Below, one piece after another: positions 35,483 to 35,494 of a stretch of DNA of 35,494 nt. Numbering within the stretch: the first letter of the stretch is position 1; the number at the start of each line of letters is the position of its first letter. The notes beneath the pieces were generated by a model that saw nothing but the letters and a program-made list of their open reading frames with translations, made no database searches and was not told the DNA's origin. The DNA comes from a virus (Duplodnaviria > Caudoviricetes), in IMG/VR virus record IMGVR_UViG_3300046025_000057, positions 1-35,494 of that record; one strand, 5' to 3'. A program made the translations under genes and the position numbers.

Positions 35483-35494
35483 TGGTGTCACACG

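Larger units (their letters stand above)
1..35494. mobile_element. Haloarchaeal temperate siphovirus-like provirus (boundaries not visible)
   Basis: Integrase, Orc1/Cdc6, terminase, portal, HK97-type capsid, tape measure and tail genes in canonical order; no sheath gene recognised; acidic proteins. Confidence 0.93.

Noticed and set aside
1-35494. attL/attR, tRNA or rRNA genes
   Set aside because: The window starts at the integrase ATG; no terminal direct repeat or cloverleaf was seen

Overview
This window is most of a GC-rich haloarchaeal temperate tailed virus (siphovirus-like provirus), with acidic proteins and leaderless TATA promoters. Left to right it holds: a tyrosine integrase (+); a leftward, translationally coupled accessory/early operon (zinc-finger proteins, DUF3307-like protein, divergent C5-methyltransferase-like gene, PadR/RosR-like regulator); a divergent RHH pair; an Orc1/Cdc6 initiator with an adjacent inverted-repeat origin; a second divergent control region with a wHTH gene; and a lower-GC moron block (secreted and membrane proteins, sugar acetyltransferase). 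A complete leftward morphogenesis module follows: beta-helix tailspike, tail proteins, tape measure, frameshifted tail chaperone, tail tube, head-tail genes, HK97-type capsid, protease/scaffold, gp7-like protein, portal, terminases, HNH and holin-like genes. No att sites are visible and the element probably extends past the window edges. The most unusual signals are (1) an array of unrelated small genes joined by near-identical 41-bp stop/RBS/start repeats, resembling gene cassettes, (2) a tailspike C-terminus and sugar acetyltransferase that look co-acquired, and (3) a cell-surface-type domain embedded in the protease/scaffold protein between candidate cleavage motifs. All family assignments come from motif recognition by eye; no searches were run.
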